Of a DNA stretch of 64,000 nucleotides, positions 17,569 through 27,994 are shown one piece after another. Numbering within the stretch: position 1 is the stretch's first letter; each line of letters begins with the position of its first letter. The stretch covers positions 372,001 through 436,000 of the forward strand of contig JANHCV010000005.1 in assembly GCA_025594325.1 (NCBI GenBank). The letters run 5' to 3'. A model generated the notes under the pieces. It saw only the letters and a list, made by a program, of their open reading frames with translations, did not search any database and was not told the DNA's origin. Made by a program: the position numbers and the translations under genes. Origin of the DNA: Blastocladiella emersonii ATCC 22665. Taxonomy: Eukaryota; Fungi; Blastocladiomycota.

Positions 17569-18864
17569 GTTGTCCGGGACCGCGCGCGCGCCGCCGAGGC
17601 TGCTGCGCAGGAGGCCGAGGCGCACGCGCGCGTCCAGGTCGCCAACGCCGCCGCCGCCGAGGCCGCCGCGCGCCAGGCCGCTGCCGAGGCCAAGACCGAG
17701 GCGTTGCACGCCGCTGCTGCCCGCTCGCGCGCCGAGCGCGCCAAGTCCGAGGCCGAGGCCCTCGCCGCCACCAACCACAAGCTCGCCAAGGAGGAGAAGG
17801 CCGCCGAGCTCACGCTGCGCAAGGGCAAGCGCCGCGCAGGCGCCGCTGACGCCAGGGCTGCTGCCTCCGCAGCTGCAGACGCCGCCGCCACCATCAAGGC
17901 CCAGAAGGCGCGGGTCACCAAGCTCGTGGACCAGATCGACCTCGCCAACGAGCGCGCGGCAGGCGCCGCCAGCGCGTCCGAGGAGTTTGGCCGCAACATC
18001 CGGCGCATGTTCAACGCGCTCGCAGCGGGCGTGGAGGACGGCCGCATCTCGATCGCGCCCGAGGTGGAGCAGGAGTTCAAGGACATCCAGGCCAACGTGG
18101 CGACCGTGTTCCACAACGTCCTCATCCACGGGTACGGGCCCCTTGGCGACGAGGACCTCATGGACAACGACAATGACTACGTGCCGTCCGACAGCGACTC
18201 GTCCGACGCTGAGGACGACTACGACTCAGACGCGCCCATGGACGACTACCAGGCCCTGGGGGCCCAGCTCGACTGCGCCGACTGCGGGGGCCAGTTTGAT
18301 GGCCAGGCCTGCACCCTCGCCAACATGTGCAGCGCGCGCGCCGCCACACACGCCAAGCTCGCCAAGAAGATTGCTGCTGGGGCAGCTGCCGAGGCGGCCA
18401 TGCTCAAGGCCAAGACCAAGAAGCTCGAGGACATGGGCTTCGGCAAGATGGACCGGACCTTCATGATCAACGCCATCTATGGGCCCTCCTCGCCATCGCC
18501 GTTGGCGTCCGCCCAGCGCGCCGCCTCATCACCGTCATCATCGTCGCTGCTGGCGTGGCTGTCGGAGCCCTCATCCTCGCGCACCCCCGCCTACTTGCTG
18601 GCCGCCGTCAAGCTGTCGACACCCTCGCCCTTGCCTGCGTCCACGTATGCGCGCGCTGGCCCGCCACCACCGGCCCCCTACCTGTCGCTGCTGCCCCCTG
18701 CAGCTGCTGCCCACGCCGCCGCTGCCGGATTGCCAGCTGTGGTGCACCTCGCCACGTCGCCGGCGGCCCCTGCGCCGGCCCACCCACCAACCACCCCCAA
18801 CCGCCAAGATGGTGTCGGGAGCGCGACCGTGACGGTTGGGACCCAGAGCGCCAAGGCGCTCTAG
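17569..18864 (+). CDS. In-frame continuation of the ORF1-like frame beyond a single TAG (Ala/Lys/Glu-rich coiled coil, acidic tract, Cys cluster)
   Basis: Same frame as 15535-17568. After TAG at 17566-17568 it reads VVRDRARAAEAAAQEAEAHARVQVAN... and stays open to TAG at 18862-18864 with unchanged codon bias. Contains 'CADCGGQFDGQACTLANMC'. Confidence 0.55.
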   Translation, partial: VVRDRARAAEAAAQEAEAHARVQVANAAAAEAAARQAAAEAKTEALHAAAARSRAERAKSEAEALAATNHKLAKEEKAAELTLRKGKRRAGAADARAAASAAADAAATIKAQKARVTKLVDQIDLANERAAGAASASEEFGRNIRRMFNALAAGVEDGRISIAPEVEQEFKDIQANVATVFHNVLIHGYGPLGDEDLMDNDNDYVPSDSDSSDAEDDYDSDAPMDDYQALGAQLDCADCGGQFDGQACTLANMCSARAATHAKLAKKIAAGAAAEAAMLKAKTKKLEDMGFGKMDRTFMINAIYGPSSPSPLASAQRAASSPSSSSLLAWLSEPSSSRTPAYLLAAVKLSTPSPLPASTYARAGPPPPAPYLSLLPPAAAAHAAAAGLPAVVHLATSPAAPAPAHPPTTPNRQDGVGSATVTVGTQSAKAL

Positions 18865-21800
18865 GTTGAAGTTCTGCACAGCCACACCCCGCGACGGCCG
18901 GCCTGACGGTTAGCCAGAGCGGCGCTTGGTTGCTCGTACGCGTCTAGCGCGTGTGTCCGCATACTGTCGTCCCTCCTTCACAGTTCGATGAGCTCCCAAT
19001 ATTAATTTTGTTCTCTCGGACACGTTGTCGATCGAATTTAGTGTCATAACTTTATCGCGCTACGGTCTAATATATACTTTTGCGACGCAGAGCTCGGATA
19101 AATTACCCGAACCGCTGAAAATTGCTTCAAACGGCGCACGAAAATTCTCACATGCTGTCGTGGACCCAGTCATCATGTTCTGTAAAGGAGAGCCAATTCC
19201 AACGGCTGGATCCCGAGAAATCGGCACCGCGAAATTCGACCCTCCAAATATGCACTTAACGATTCGCTCGTCTTTCCACCGTACTTGCCACGGTAAAATT
19301 TCTCAGAGTATCCACGAGTAATATAATGAGTTTTTACGTTGTAACCGTACCATCTTCGAGCCAACACAAAATGTTTAGGCCCATCCCCACGAATTTTGAC
19401 TGCAGTCAAATTCAAGCGTTTACTGACCTTGACTCCCCGAAATTACTCGAGCTGGCCATGAGAGATATCCAAACCATCCGCACCGTAAAGCAATAGCTAA
19501 ACTCAATTCCCCTGCCGTATCGGGCAGAGGAAAGGGTGGTCCCCACATCTACGCGCGAACCATGTTGCCAAGTCCAAACGGCCAATTTCAGACCCACCTC
19601 CTCCGTGACCTCAAAAAGACAACGGGAGTGGTTGGGCCGCTGAAATGAGACGAAGTTGCTGGTTCGAATTTCTAGTTGCCCTGAGCCTTTGCTCCAGGCC
19701 CTGCACGACAGTTTCGTTGAGTTGCGCAGTTCAAGATGCTAAGTGAAGGGCTGCTGCTCCCTTCATAGCCTCACAGCGGACGTCAGAAATTTTGATCACC
19801 AGCGCAATGAAAAAAAAAAAGGTGGATGCTCCTCGTATGCACCGGGCAATTTACTCGTCAATTTACCATATTCCCAACACTCGAATTCATCAGAGTATTC
19901 ACGAGTAAACTAACGAGTTTTCAAGTTCTTCATCGCACCCGTTTCAATCCGAAAGCAAAAATGTCCGGGACATGCCAATACAACTCGACAAGTCAAATTC
20001 AAACTCCAACTAACCCTTACACATCTAAAGAAATAGCTGCCTTGCAGGGAGGGTTTTGCTGAGCAATTCTCACCAAGCCTGCAAAATTTCTATTTATCTT
20101 TGCGCCGTCAGGGATACGAAAAAGAGTGGTCCTACAATTACGCGCGAATCCTACAACCGCGTCCCAAAGTGTCAATTTTGCCCACGGCTTGGAAACCACG
20201 AAAAAACCCACCACTGTTTAGTCGTCGACACAGCATGAGAGAGCGAGGACTCAACATTTCGTGTTGTTTAACGTATTGCTCCGAATTTTCAAAGCCAAAT
20301 TTACTCAGCGCAGTAGCCCAGCAAGCTAAGTTGAGGGTGTCCTCTCCGCTCACTAGTTAGTTGCCTCTTAAATGTGCCCGAGTACCTCAATTCTGATTGC
20401 CTGTACATACCAAAATGAGGATGGTAAAATAGTGAGTTGCTTGGGAACTCGGCGATCATGATTTATTCAGGTATTTTGATGAGGGGCAGTCAGCGATCAT
20501 GATTTATGCATGTCAATGTCATGGTCCGCACGCAAATTGCAGCGCCAAATTCAAAACGCGTGTCTCGCTGGATCCCGTGCAAGCTCACGGTTCCCACCAT
20601 CGGAAATCGCGGATCACAAATTGTGCGGCCAGCTGCAAATTTGCACTCAATTCTTGGGCCGGGTCGGGCGAGGGTCGAAATCGCAAACAAAGATTTCCGG
20701 TCAATGCAATACCTGAGTGTGATGGGGGAGGTCAGGGGGATTTTTCGCTGGTGGTCGCGGTGGTCAGAGTTGCCCTTGGAGAAAGTTGGACTCTTCACCA
20801 CAACGGCTCAGTCGATTGCGCTGTTCTTGACGGTGATGAACTGATCGTGGTGGGAGCTACAAAAGAGCTAATTAAGCTTTGGGGTGGTTGGAAGCCGGGT
20901 GTCGAGAAAAAAATGGCGATCGGATTCTCAACGCTAACACACCGCCGGGGTTGATTCGAGAAGCTAACCTCGAAAGTCGTTCCTGCGCAACGGAGTGAAG
21001 GATGTGACTCGCGGAAATATACACAGCGCTCAGAGGAGCACGGAAACGATAGACACTGTTTGAATTCATGGGGTCGCGAATCGAGTACATCATCCAATCC
21101 AGAGGGTAAACAGGCTTTCTCCTGGCGGCAAACTGGTCAACTACCTCTACCTCGGTAGATAAACTTGGTTTCCTGGCTGGGATTGCAGTTTACAGAGGGC
21201 GAAACGTGTGTTCGCCTGAAGGGGTTTGCGGTACGCATGCTGTTGCGGATTGCGCTTGCGGATCGAGCTTTTTAGATGGACGCCTACCGGCGCGGCAAGC
21301 CAAGCGGCCAAGAAGAGTTCGGAGTTCTCCAACATCTGTCTGAACGTGATCGCATGCTGGTTTAACTCGTACTAGTTGACGAGAGCGAGCGAGTGAAGGA
21401 CCGCTTCCGCTAGCACGAATGGACAACAATTGCCAGCCTCGAGTAAAGCTGGTGAGCCCTGGTACTTAGCTTGCTCACAAGTCAGCGCTTCTGCGAGAGC
21501 GCGCGGGACGGTCGCTCAACCAGTGAAGCACGTCCACGGCGCTGAACCGGCACGTTGCAAATCTTTCCAGACTTGAATGAGGTGCATGCGATCCAGTTGG
21601 TGCGATTGAGCGCCTGGAACGCATCAAAGGCCACTTCAGAGAGTTGCGAATGGTGCTATCCCTTTGCTTGAACACAGGGTTGCGGAACGGCCATGCTCAA
21701 GCTGCCTCTGACGCTGGTAGAACATGTAACACCGCGTGATCGAGCTTCACTATCTGCCACGCGACGCTTTTAGAGTTGAAACGCGAAGTGAACGTTTCCA

Positions 21801-24800
21801 GCTTCATGGTAGAGTCATGGATCAGTAGGCGACATTCTGTTCGTCACTCAAGGGCGGGTCTCCGACTTGGCGAGCGGCCCTATCAACTAGCTGAAGCTGC
21901 CGGCGGTCAAATCAAACGCGGACATGACTTCTGATGCGCTGGGAGCGACAGGCGCGGCTCGTCAGCGGCTGGCGATGCATGTGTTACGGGTTCGGCGCGG
22001 CGCTCGAATCGCGCAAGAAGACATAAACTAAGCGCAATTTGAGAGAAGTCCATGGGTTTAAGACATTACATCAAGTGTTATCTGCAGCATACGTAAAATA
22101 TGCCCGGAAGGTGGAGGGAGCAACTGAGTGAGCTGTGGCAGGCGTGTGAACTCCACCGTCCGACGCCACCGCAGGGTCACGTTGGCCGCGTCCGTTCACG
22201 CTTGGCATGCGAGCTCGTTCAGGCGCAAGATTCCCTCAAAACGCGATGAATGCCCTTTGCGGCTCGCTTGAGAACCTCGCGTGAGCTGCGGTGCGATCCG
22301 GCCGCTGCGATGTGCTTGGTACTCGCTCTCACACAGCAGAGTTCGGCCACATCAGCAATATTCGCCTGTCGTCGCGCGGGCAAGAGAGCCGAAGGCATGA
22401 GCTCGCTCTTGGTCTGTCCGTACGACTGTGACACGGTTATCAGACCCGGCTCGCTTCTTGGCCCCTGTTTACGAAGGAAACGGTGGGCGCTCGCTGTGGA
22501 CACGAATGCGCGGAATGGAACGGCGAGGTGCGACCCCAGGAACTGTCATGACAAGGGTCTCGTCGCTTCCAAAGCCTAACCAACATCTAAGCTTTCATCG
22601 ACTCGAGAACAAAGGGGGTAACCGCGCGGCCGCGTCACGACCCGGAACGCGCCGTGCCCTGCCAGTTCCTCCCTCCTCCCTCCTCCCTCCTCCCCTCGCA
22701 GTCCTGCTTTCAAGTGCAGCTAGTCGTTTTCTTTTTTTTTTTTTAACCGCGCGTTTCAAGGCTAGCGAAACTGAGCGAGAGTCGTGGCACGGCGGGTTGC
22801 GAGACGGGCTGCGAGACGCGTCGCGAAAACACGTGTGCGGTCACGCGCACGTGACACAGCTTGGCGTGGACTTTGCCGCGAGCGCGCGTCGGGCGGCCGA
22901 GTGACTCTTTCGCCGCGCCGCGGTCGGTCCACGCTCCCTTGCTCATCACCACTCGCTGCAATGTATCACCCGTCCGCCAACGAAGCACACTACGATCTCG
23001 ACGCACGGCAACCACGCGGCGACCGTCAACAGGTACGCGTCGCGTCCCGCTGCCGCGCCCGCCGCCGCGCGCTTGGCTCCCATCGCGCCGACCGTCGTGT
23101 TGCGCTCCCGTGGCGGTGCGCCCGGTGTGGTGCCCTTCACACTCAGCTCTGGCGCGTCGACGACGCGCTGTGAGACCAGCGGTGTCGTCGCTGCCGCGCG
23201 TGCGCACCGTCGTACGCGGGCTCCGCCGCGCTCGTTCCTCGGGCGCAGCACGGCGCAGCGCAAGGGGACCCCACCGGGCTACCAGCCGCGTGCGCGCTCG
23301 TCAAAGGTGCTGACACCTGTGCGGTGCCCATGTAGCCGCCGGCGCGCGTCTGCCACCAGGGACTCGACATTTGCTGACACATGGACCTGGGACCATTAAG
23401 TCAGCCTCGCTCGCGACGGTACGCCGTCTCCGCCACACCACCACCGCGTGTCTCATGCACTCACGCTGCACGCTCGCGCCAGTAGCGCCGACAGGCTCGC
23501 TCAAGCGGTTCGGCCGCGCCCACCACGTGGGCCAAGTCCCAGTCGCAGGTACGCTTGACTCTTCTCGTGGCTGCGCAAGAGTTGGTGCGCGACTGACATG
23601 CTCGCTCACATTGCTCCTCGTAGCCCCTCGTGATCCACTGGTCTCTCGCTGCACCATCGAACCGCCACCTCTCGACGGATCAACAACTGATGCGCAGCAT
23701 CCGCAAGCTGTAGGTTGCCGATTCCTAAGACGACTCGGTACGCCCTCGTCACACGCCGCTCGAGGCGCAGCGCGACTCACATGAGCTCTCGGACCTTTGT
23801 TGCTTGTAGCAGCGATCTCTGACCACCATCTCGCCCGGCCGGTTTCTGTACTCGGCATCGTGCCGCGAGCTGACCGCGGATCGCGTCAAGCACGAGGCGC
23901 GTGCTGTCCGGTCGGTCACGGGCGGCGAACCGGAGACGGCGTCCGCGGTCCGCTCCGGTACCTGCTTGTCGTGCATCGTCGTCGCGCATGGGCGTTGATT
24001 CCGACTCGCATGCCGCGCGACCCGCGGCGGTGGCGACCTGACCTGTATCTGAGATCTCCCTGTACGCAATACACTCGCACATTTGCTCCAAAGGCAGGAA
24101 ATAGACATCCCTGACTACTTGTCTCCTGCCTTTTTCTGTCGGCATCACCACCAGGTTGTAGGCCATACCAGGCCAGCCGCCAGCTCCTATTGGCAACATA
24201 TGTCAGATTGCGCATAGAATTAACCCATAGACGACAATGGCACACTGGTGTCCCTCACCCCACCCCCTCATATCTCCACCACTTTTTACTCTACACTCTC
24301 GAAACTTTGCTCAGCAAAATTGTAGCTATCGATACTGTCAGGGCCCGAGATTTTTAGCGTGGCGCACCGCCTAACGGCTGAGCTGGGAGGCGCCGCCAAA
24401 GTTATGAACTTCGCGCGAGCGCCCGCCCTGACAACACCTTTGCATGGATCTGGTTCAAAATTCTTTTGAACGTACTATGCATAGGTTGCTACCACTTTGC
24501 GGAGTTAGAAGATGTGGAGTTGAAAATTGAGGGCGTGGGAGTCGTGGGACGCTCGGGTCCACGCGTTTTGGAGCCAAGATCGCCCCGTTCTCCATCCAGG
24601 TGCGAGAAATCGCGACGCAGCCGGCACCCACGTGTGCGCCTCGTTGCTCCCTATCGGATAAGCTTGAGACCAAGTTTGTGGCTTGCGGGGGGAGCGAGAA
24701 AACCGCCGAAAACCCGATCGGACCCGCTGAAATCGGGGTTGGACAGCCGTGTCCCTAGCCGTCCCCGCCCCGCCACCCAGCCCGCCGTCCGCCGAGCGGC

Positions 24801-24912
24801 CTCGCCGCCATCTCCCCCTCCACTTCCTCACCCTTCCTGCAAAGAAAGACCCTAACCACCATCAACAACATATCATGTTATCAACAAGACGGCTCACGCC
24901 GAGCTGGGGCCT

Positions 24913-25959
24913 GTGAGCACGCGCTCGCGTGGGACCCGCTGTCGTCCCACCTCTCTCCTCCTCGCGTCCCCGCGACACCGTCGCCAATCGCCTCGCCCCC
25001 GAACACGCCATCGGACCCGCCACCTGCGCCGGGCAAGTGTCGCTGCGTCGACTCGCATGCACCTTCGTCGTCCGCGGCCGCGGCTCTCGCCGCCCAACCT
25101 GCTCCTGCTCGCCCCGTCTCGCTGTCGGACTCTGACCCCCGATTGCGACGACGAGGAGAGTTCTGGCAGCAACGACGACGAACAAGAGTCCAAGGCCGCC
25201 GACCTCGAGGCCCGCAGGGCGCACCGGGCCACCGCGGCGCGTGCGCGGTCTCGACCGCCTGACGCAGCCGTTGCTGATGAAGGTCTCAGTGCTAGCGCCG
25301 CCGGCGCACCCTTCTCGCAGAACGGGGCGGCGGGTTTCGACGACGGCGACGTCCGCAACATGGCCAACTTGCCTGGTTCAGACGGCAAAGAAGAATACGG
25401 TGCGTCAGTTCACTACACTGGGCCCGCGCGACATGCACTGACGCTAGCTGACTGACACAGGGCCCACTTTGTCGGCCGAAACGCGCGACAAAGGCCGGCA
25501 AGACACCGATCGAGAGAAGGACCCAGGCGGTGGCGTGTGCAAGCTCACGTTCGAGGTCGGCGACGGCGTCCTCAGCTGGACCATCATCGACTTCTTGATC
25601 CAGAAGTGCTGGTAGACAAGACCAGCGACCTCGGCTTCACCGACCGCCTCATCAAGCCGGTGCTCTCGACGGTACGCCAAGGCGACGGCCCGCGCATAAG
25701 AACATGCGCTCCCCGCCCCCAAGGTCGCTGTCGCTCGCCGTATGTGGGCGAGACGCCGCTCCCCACGGCCACGCCCGCCGAGAACTCCGACTCGATCAAG
25801 CCGTCCGTGGTCTTCCTCACGATCATCAGCTACAAGGGTCACGACGGCGACTCGTCCCCGCAGATCATGTGCAAGGAGACGACGAATCGATACGCTTTGT
25901 CCCGCCACACCGGTCCCAAGGAAATCTTCATGTCAGTCGATGATCGTGAGATGTTGTAG
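24913..25959 (+). pseudogene. Broken intron-containing gene of unknown family in the spacer
   Basis: Codon-biased segments are joined by a clean intron (GTGCGT at about 25400, CTGAC branch motif, ACACAG at about 25459) giving ...KEEY/GPTLSAETRDK...GVCKLTFEVGDGVLSWTIIDFLIQK. An apparent 1-nt loss then shifts the frame to VLVDKTSDLGFTDRLIKPVLST. No in-frame ATG upstream. Confidence 0.35.
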
Positions 25960-26380
25960 TGGATTGCGGACGGCGCAATGAATGTTATTGGGCATCCACA
26001 TTTTTGGTGGGGAGGGAGGAACAGCGGCGAGCGACAGCGAGGTGAAAAATAATCGGGGCGAGGCTTAGGTGAGTTTTGTGCGGTGCGGCGGCGCCTGTTT
26101 CAAAAAGCTAAGTCCAGGGACGCTGGTGTGCCAAACCCCGGTCGGCTATGGGTTAACCCGTCCTGGGCAGGCTTGAGTTAGTCTGCCCATAGCAGTCAAT
26201 TATTTGATGCGCTCTTCTTACCTTTGTCAGAGATTACGTGTTGGAATGACAGTACATTAGATACACAAAGCACGGACCGAATCGGTTATTGCTCCCAGCA
26301 GCTTCCTCTCCAGGGCAGTGCGAGTCGCGAGTTTGAGGCTCAAGTTGAATCGTCAAACTTTTCTTGGCGGGAGCCGGCGC

Positions 26381-27589
26381 TCAACTTGCCGCCAACGCGG
26401 CCCGAATCGCTTTCCTTTGATCGCTATAAAGCATATTAGAATTGAGCCACCACTCCACAGTTTCCGTGTGACCAAGTCGGGCGGCTTCAATAACATGCTC
26501 GAACTCAAAGTCTGTGAAGCAGGTCAGCGGGCGCACAAAGTAGTTTTCGCCCCGCTTCCTTTGGTCTCGCAGCCAATACAAGCAGCGAATAGCTTGCGCT
26601 TTGGTCGCAACATGCAGCAGTCGAACAGAGCGGCGCGCAAGAGTGTGAAATGGGCGAATGACAGGTTCGTGTGCATATTCGCCGTTGGCCAAGTAGCGAA
26701 ATGCATCAGGTGGTCCGACCATCCACTCAAGCACATGGGACTGGTCGCGCTTGATCGCTCCGAGTACAACCTTGGTCCAACTTGGGGTTTCGTGAGCCCA
26801 TCCATTGCCAACATCTTCGCCAAATTCGGGAAATGCAAGGGGGAGATGATCAAGAACATTTGCAAAGCCACGCTCAATGGCGCGCTCAGCAAGACCAATA
26901 AGCTTTCTGCGTCGGTATTCATTTGAAGCTTCAAGCTCAGCATCTGTTGGCATGCTGTCGTCGCTATCGTAATCTGCGACATTCGTGACTTTGGTGGAAC
27001 GCTGTACAAACCTGGGCGCGGCGCGATGGTAGCTGACGATCCAAGTGAGGGCAAGGCCTTGGTTGTGATTGAACGCAACGTCAAAGGCGCGGTCAGAGTC
27101 AATGTGAAGGCCCGCCATTTGCCACCAGCGCAGCACGTCCAACTGGCCCGAAGCAGCGGCCGAGTCTACTGCGTCATGAGCAAAGCTGGCGGCACAAACA
27201 TCGCCTGCAGCATTGCGCCACACGTTGAGAAGTTTGAGGTCGCTGGACGATGAAGCGAGCTTGATGTAGAAGGCGCACTCGTCCGTGTTTTCTGGGGCCG
27301 GGAGCGACTTAAATAAGTTAAGCACTTTGGCACGTAGCTTCGTGTGCAGCGGACGCAACGCAGCAGACCGAAAGCGCCAAGCGAGCGGGTCACACGAAAG
27401 AAAGCGAAGCGTGTTTGACAAAGGACCGGGGAGAGCGTGGATCAGGTGCATAGCTTGGTCGGGCAGGGAGCCGTTCCCCTCCAAGCGGTCATCAAGCGCG
27501 AGCATAATAATCGTCTGCACAATTTCGATAGGCAAGCGCGGCGGGGGCTTCTGGGTCCGTTGCATATAGTCTTCATCATTTTGCTTCAT
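26381..27589 (-). CDS. F-box-like + ankyrin-like repeat protein (single copy, in the spacer)
   Basis: Open 402-aa frame from ATG at 27589, with N-terminal 'RLPIEIVQTIIMLAL' (F-box-like) and ankyrin-like units 'AVDSAAASGQLDVLRWW', 'AIKRDQSHVLEWM', 'ATKAQAIRCLYWL' and 'AARLGHTETVEWW'. Intronless. Confidence 0.65.
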   Translation of the reverse strand: MKQNDEDYMQRTQKPPPRLPIEIVQTIIMLALDDRLEGNGSLPDQAMHLIHALPGPLSNTLRFLSCDPLAWRFRSAALRPLHTKLRAKVLNLFKSLPAPENTDECAFYIKLASSSSDLKLLNVWRNAAGDVCAASFAHDAVDSAAASGQLDVLRWWQMAGLHIDSDRAFDVAFNHNQGLALTWIVSYHRAAPRFVQRSTKVTNVADYDSDDSMPTDAELEASNEYRRRKLIGLAERAIERGFANVLDHLPLAFPEFGEDVGNGWAHETPSWTKVVLGAIKRDQSHVLEWMVGPPDAFRYLANGEYAHEPVIRPFHTLARRSVRLLHVATKAQAIRCLYWLRDQRKRGENYFVRPLTCFTDFEFEHVIEAARLGHTETVEWWLNSNMLYSDQRKAIRAALAAS

Positions 27590-27765
27590 GGTGGCCAGGG
27601 TTGTTACATTCGCAACGGGAGCGGCGGGAGGCGGCGGGCGTCCGTTTCGGAGCGCCGCCCAAACAAGCCTCGCTCGCCTTCCAGAGCCGAGATCCCGTGA
27701 CATGGTGTGATAGAAAACGCGTCTCGCGTCGGGCGCGAGACACTTTGCTTATGGGTCAGAACCAT

Positions 27766-27848
27766 ATTATACTTGAGGCACCTAGACGCTTCGCGTCTGG
27801 TTTTCAATCGAGGGCTAAAGCCCGCGCCACGTTGGGCGCTTGCGCCGT
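27766..27848 (+). repeat. 83-bp dispersed element head (spacer copy) with two hairpins
   Basis: ATTATACTTGAGGCACCTAGACGCTTCGCGTCTGGTTTTCAATCGAGGGCTAAAGCCCGCGCCACGTTGGGCGCTTGCGCCGT contains GACGC-TTC-GCGTC and GGGC-TAAA-GCCC and matches 39995-40077 and the reverse complement of 12505-12587. Confidence 0.85.
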
Positions 27849-27866
27849 TTCGCGCGTGGCAGTACA

Positions 27867-27994
27867 GCGCGTCGCAGCTTCGCGCGTTGCAGCTTTGTGC
27901 GTCGCAGCTTTGCGCGTCGCAGCTTTGCGCGTCGCAGCTTTGCGCGTCGCAGCTTTGCGCGTCGCAGCTTTGCGCGTCGCAGCTTTGCGCGTCG
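27867..27994 (+). repeat. 15-bp minisatellite (GCGCGTCGCAGCTTT) x8 plus partial
   Basis: Eight contiguous units counted from 27867 to 27986 (first three with single substitutions) plus a partial unit to 27994; no spacers. Confidence 0.95.

Larger units (their letters stand above)
15415..19031 (+). mobile_element. 3.6-kb ORF1-only (HAL1/Tx1-like) non-LTR-type element flanked by an exact 17-bp direct repeat of the tRNA-Ser 5' end
   Basis: CTCGGACACGTTGTCGA occurs at 15415-15431 and 19015-19031, 3600 bp apart. It equals tRNA nt -2..+15 on the minus strand. Between the copies is one Gag/ORF1-like reading frame and no RT. Confidence 0.75.
4893..24417 (+). repeat. Left arm of a 19,525-bp inverted duplication
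   Basis: Every ORF here has a mirror ORF whose coordinates sum to 52582 (e.g. 4926/47656, 15466/37116, 24245/28337). Boundaries were read base by base: identity starts at 4893/47689 and stops at 24417/28165. Confidence 0.97.

Noticed and set aside
19015-19031. tRNA-matching 17-mer as an LTR-retrotransposon primer-binding site
   Set aside because: A PBS pairs with the tRNA 3' end or anticodon region and follows an LTR. This matches the 5' end plus 2 nt of upstream flank, and there are no LTRs.
22961-23173. ATG...CAG/GTACGC...CTCAG mini gene model (MYHPSANEAHYDLDARQPRGDRQQ/LWRVDDAL*)
   Set aside because: The spliced product would be about 32 aa with no recognisable motif, so it cannot be distinguished from chance splice-like signals.
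24336-24433. TGTCAGGGC...GCCCTGACA 9-bp inverted repeat spanning the inner breakpoint (possible hAT-like MITE, complete only on the left)
   Set aside because: No target-site duplication, and several 9-bp inverted matches within 100 bp are expected by chance in 20 kb. At most weak support for the left side being ancestral.
27867-27994. 15-bp repeat array as a CRISPR array
   Set aside because: Units are contiguous with no unique spacers, there are no cas genes, and the context is eukaryotic.
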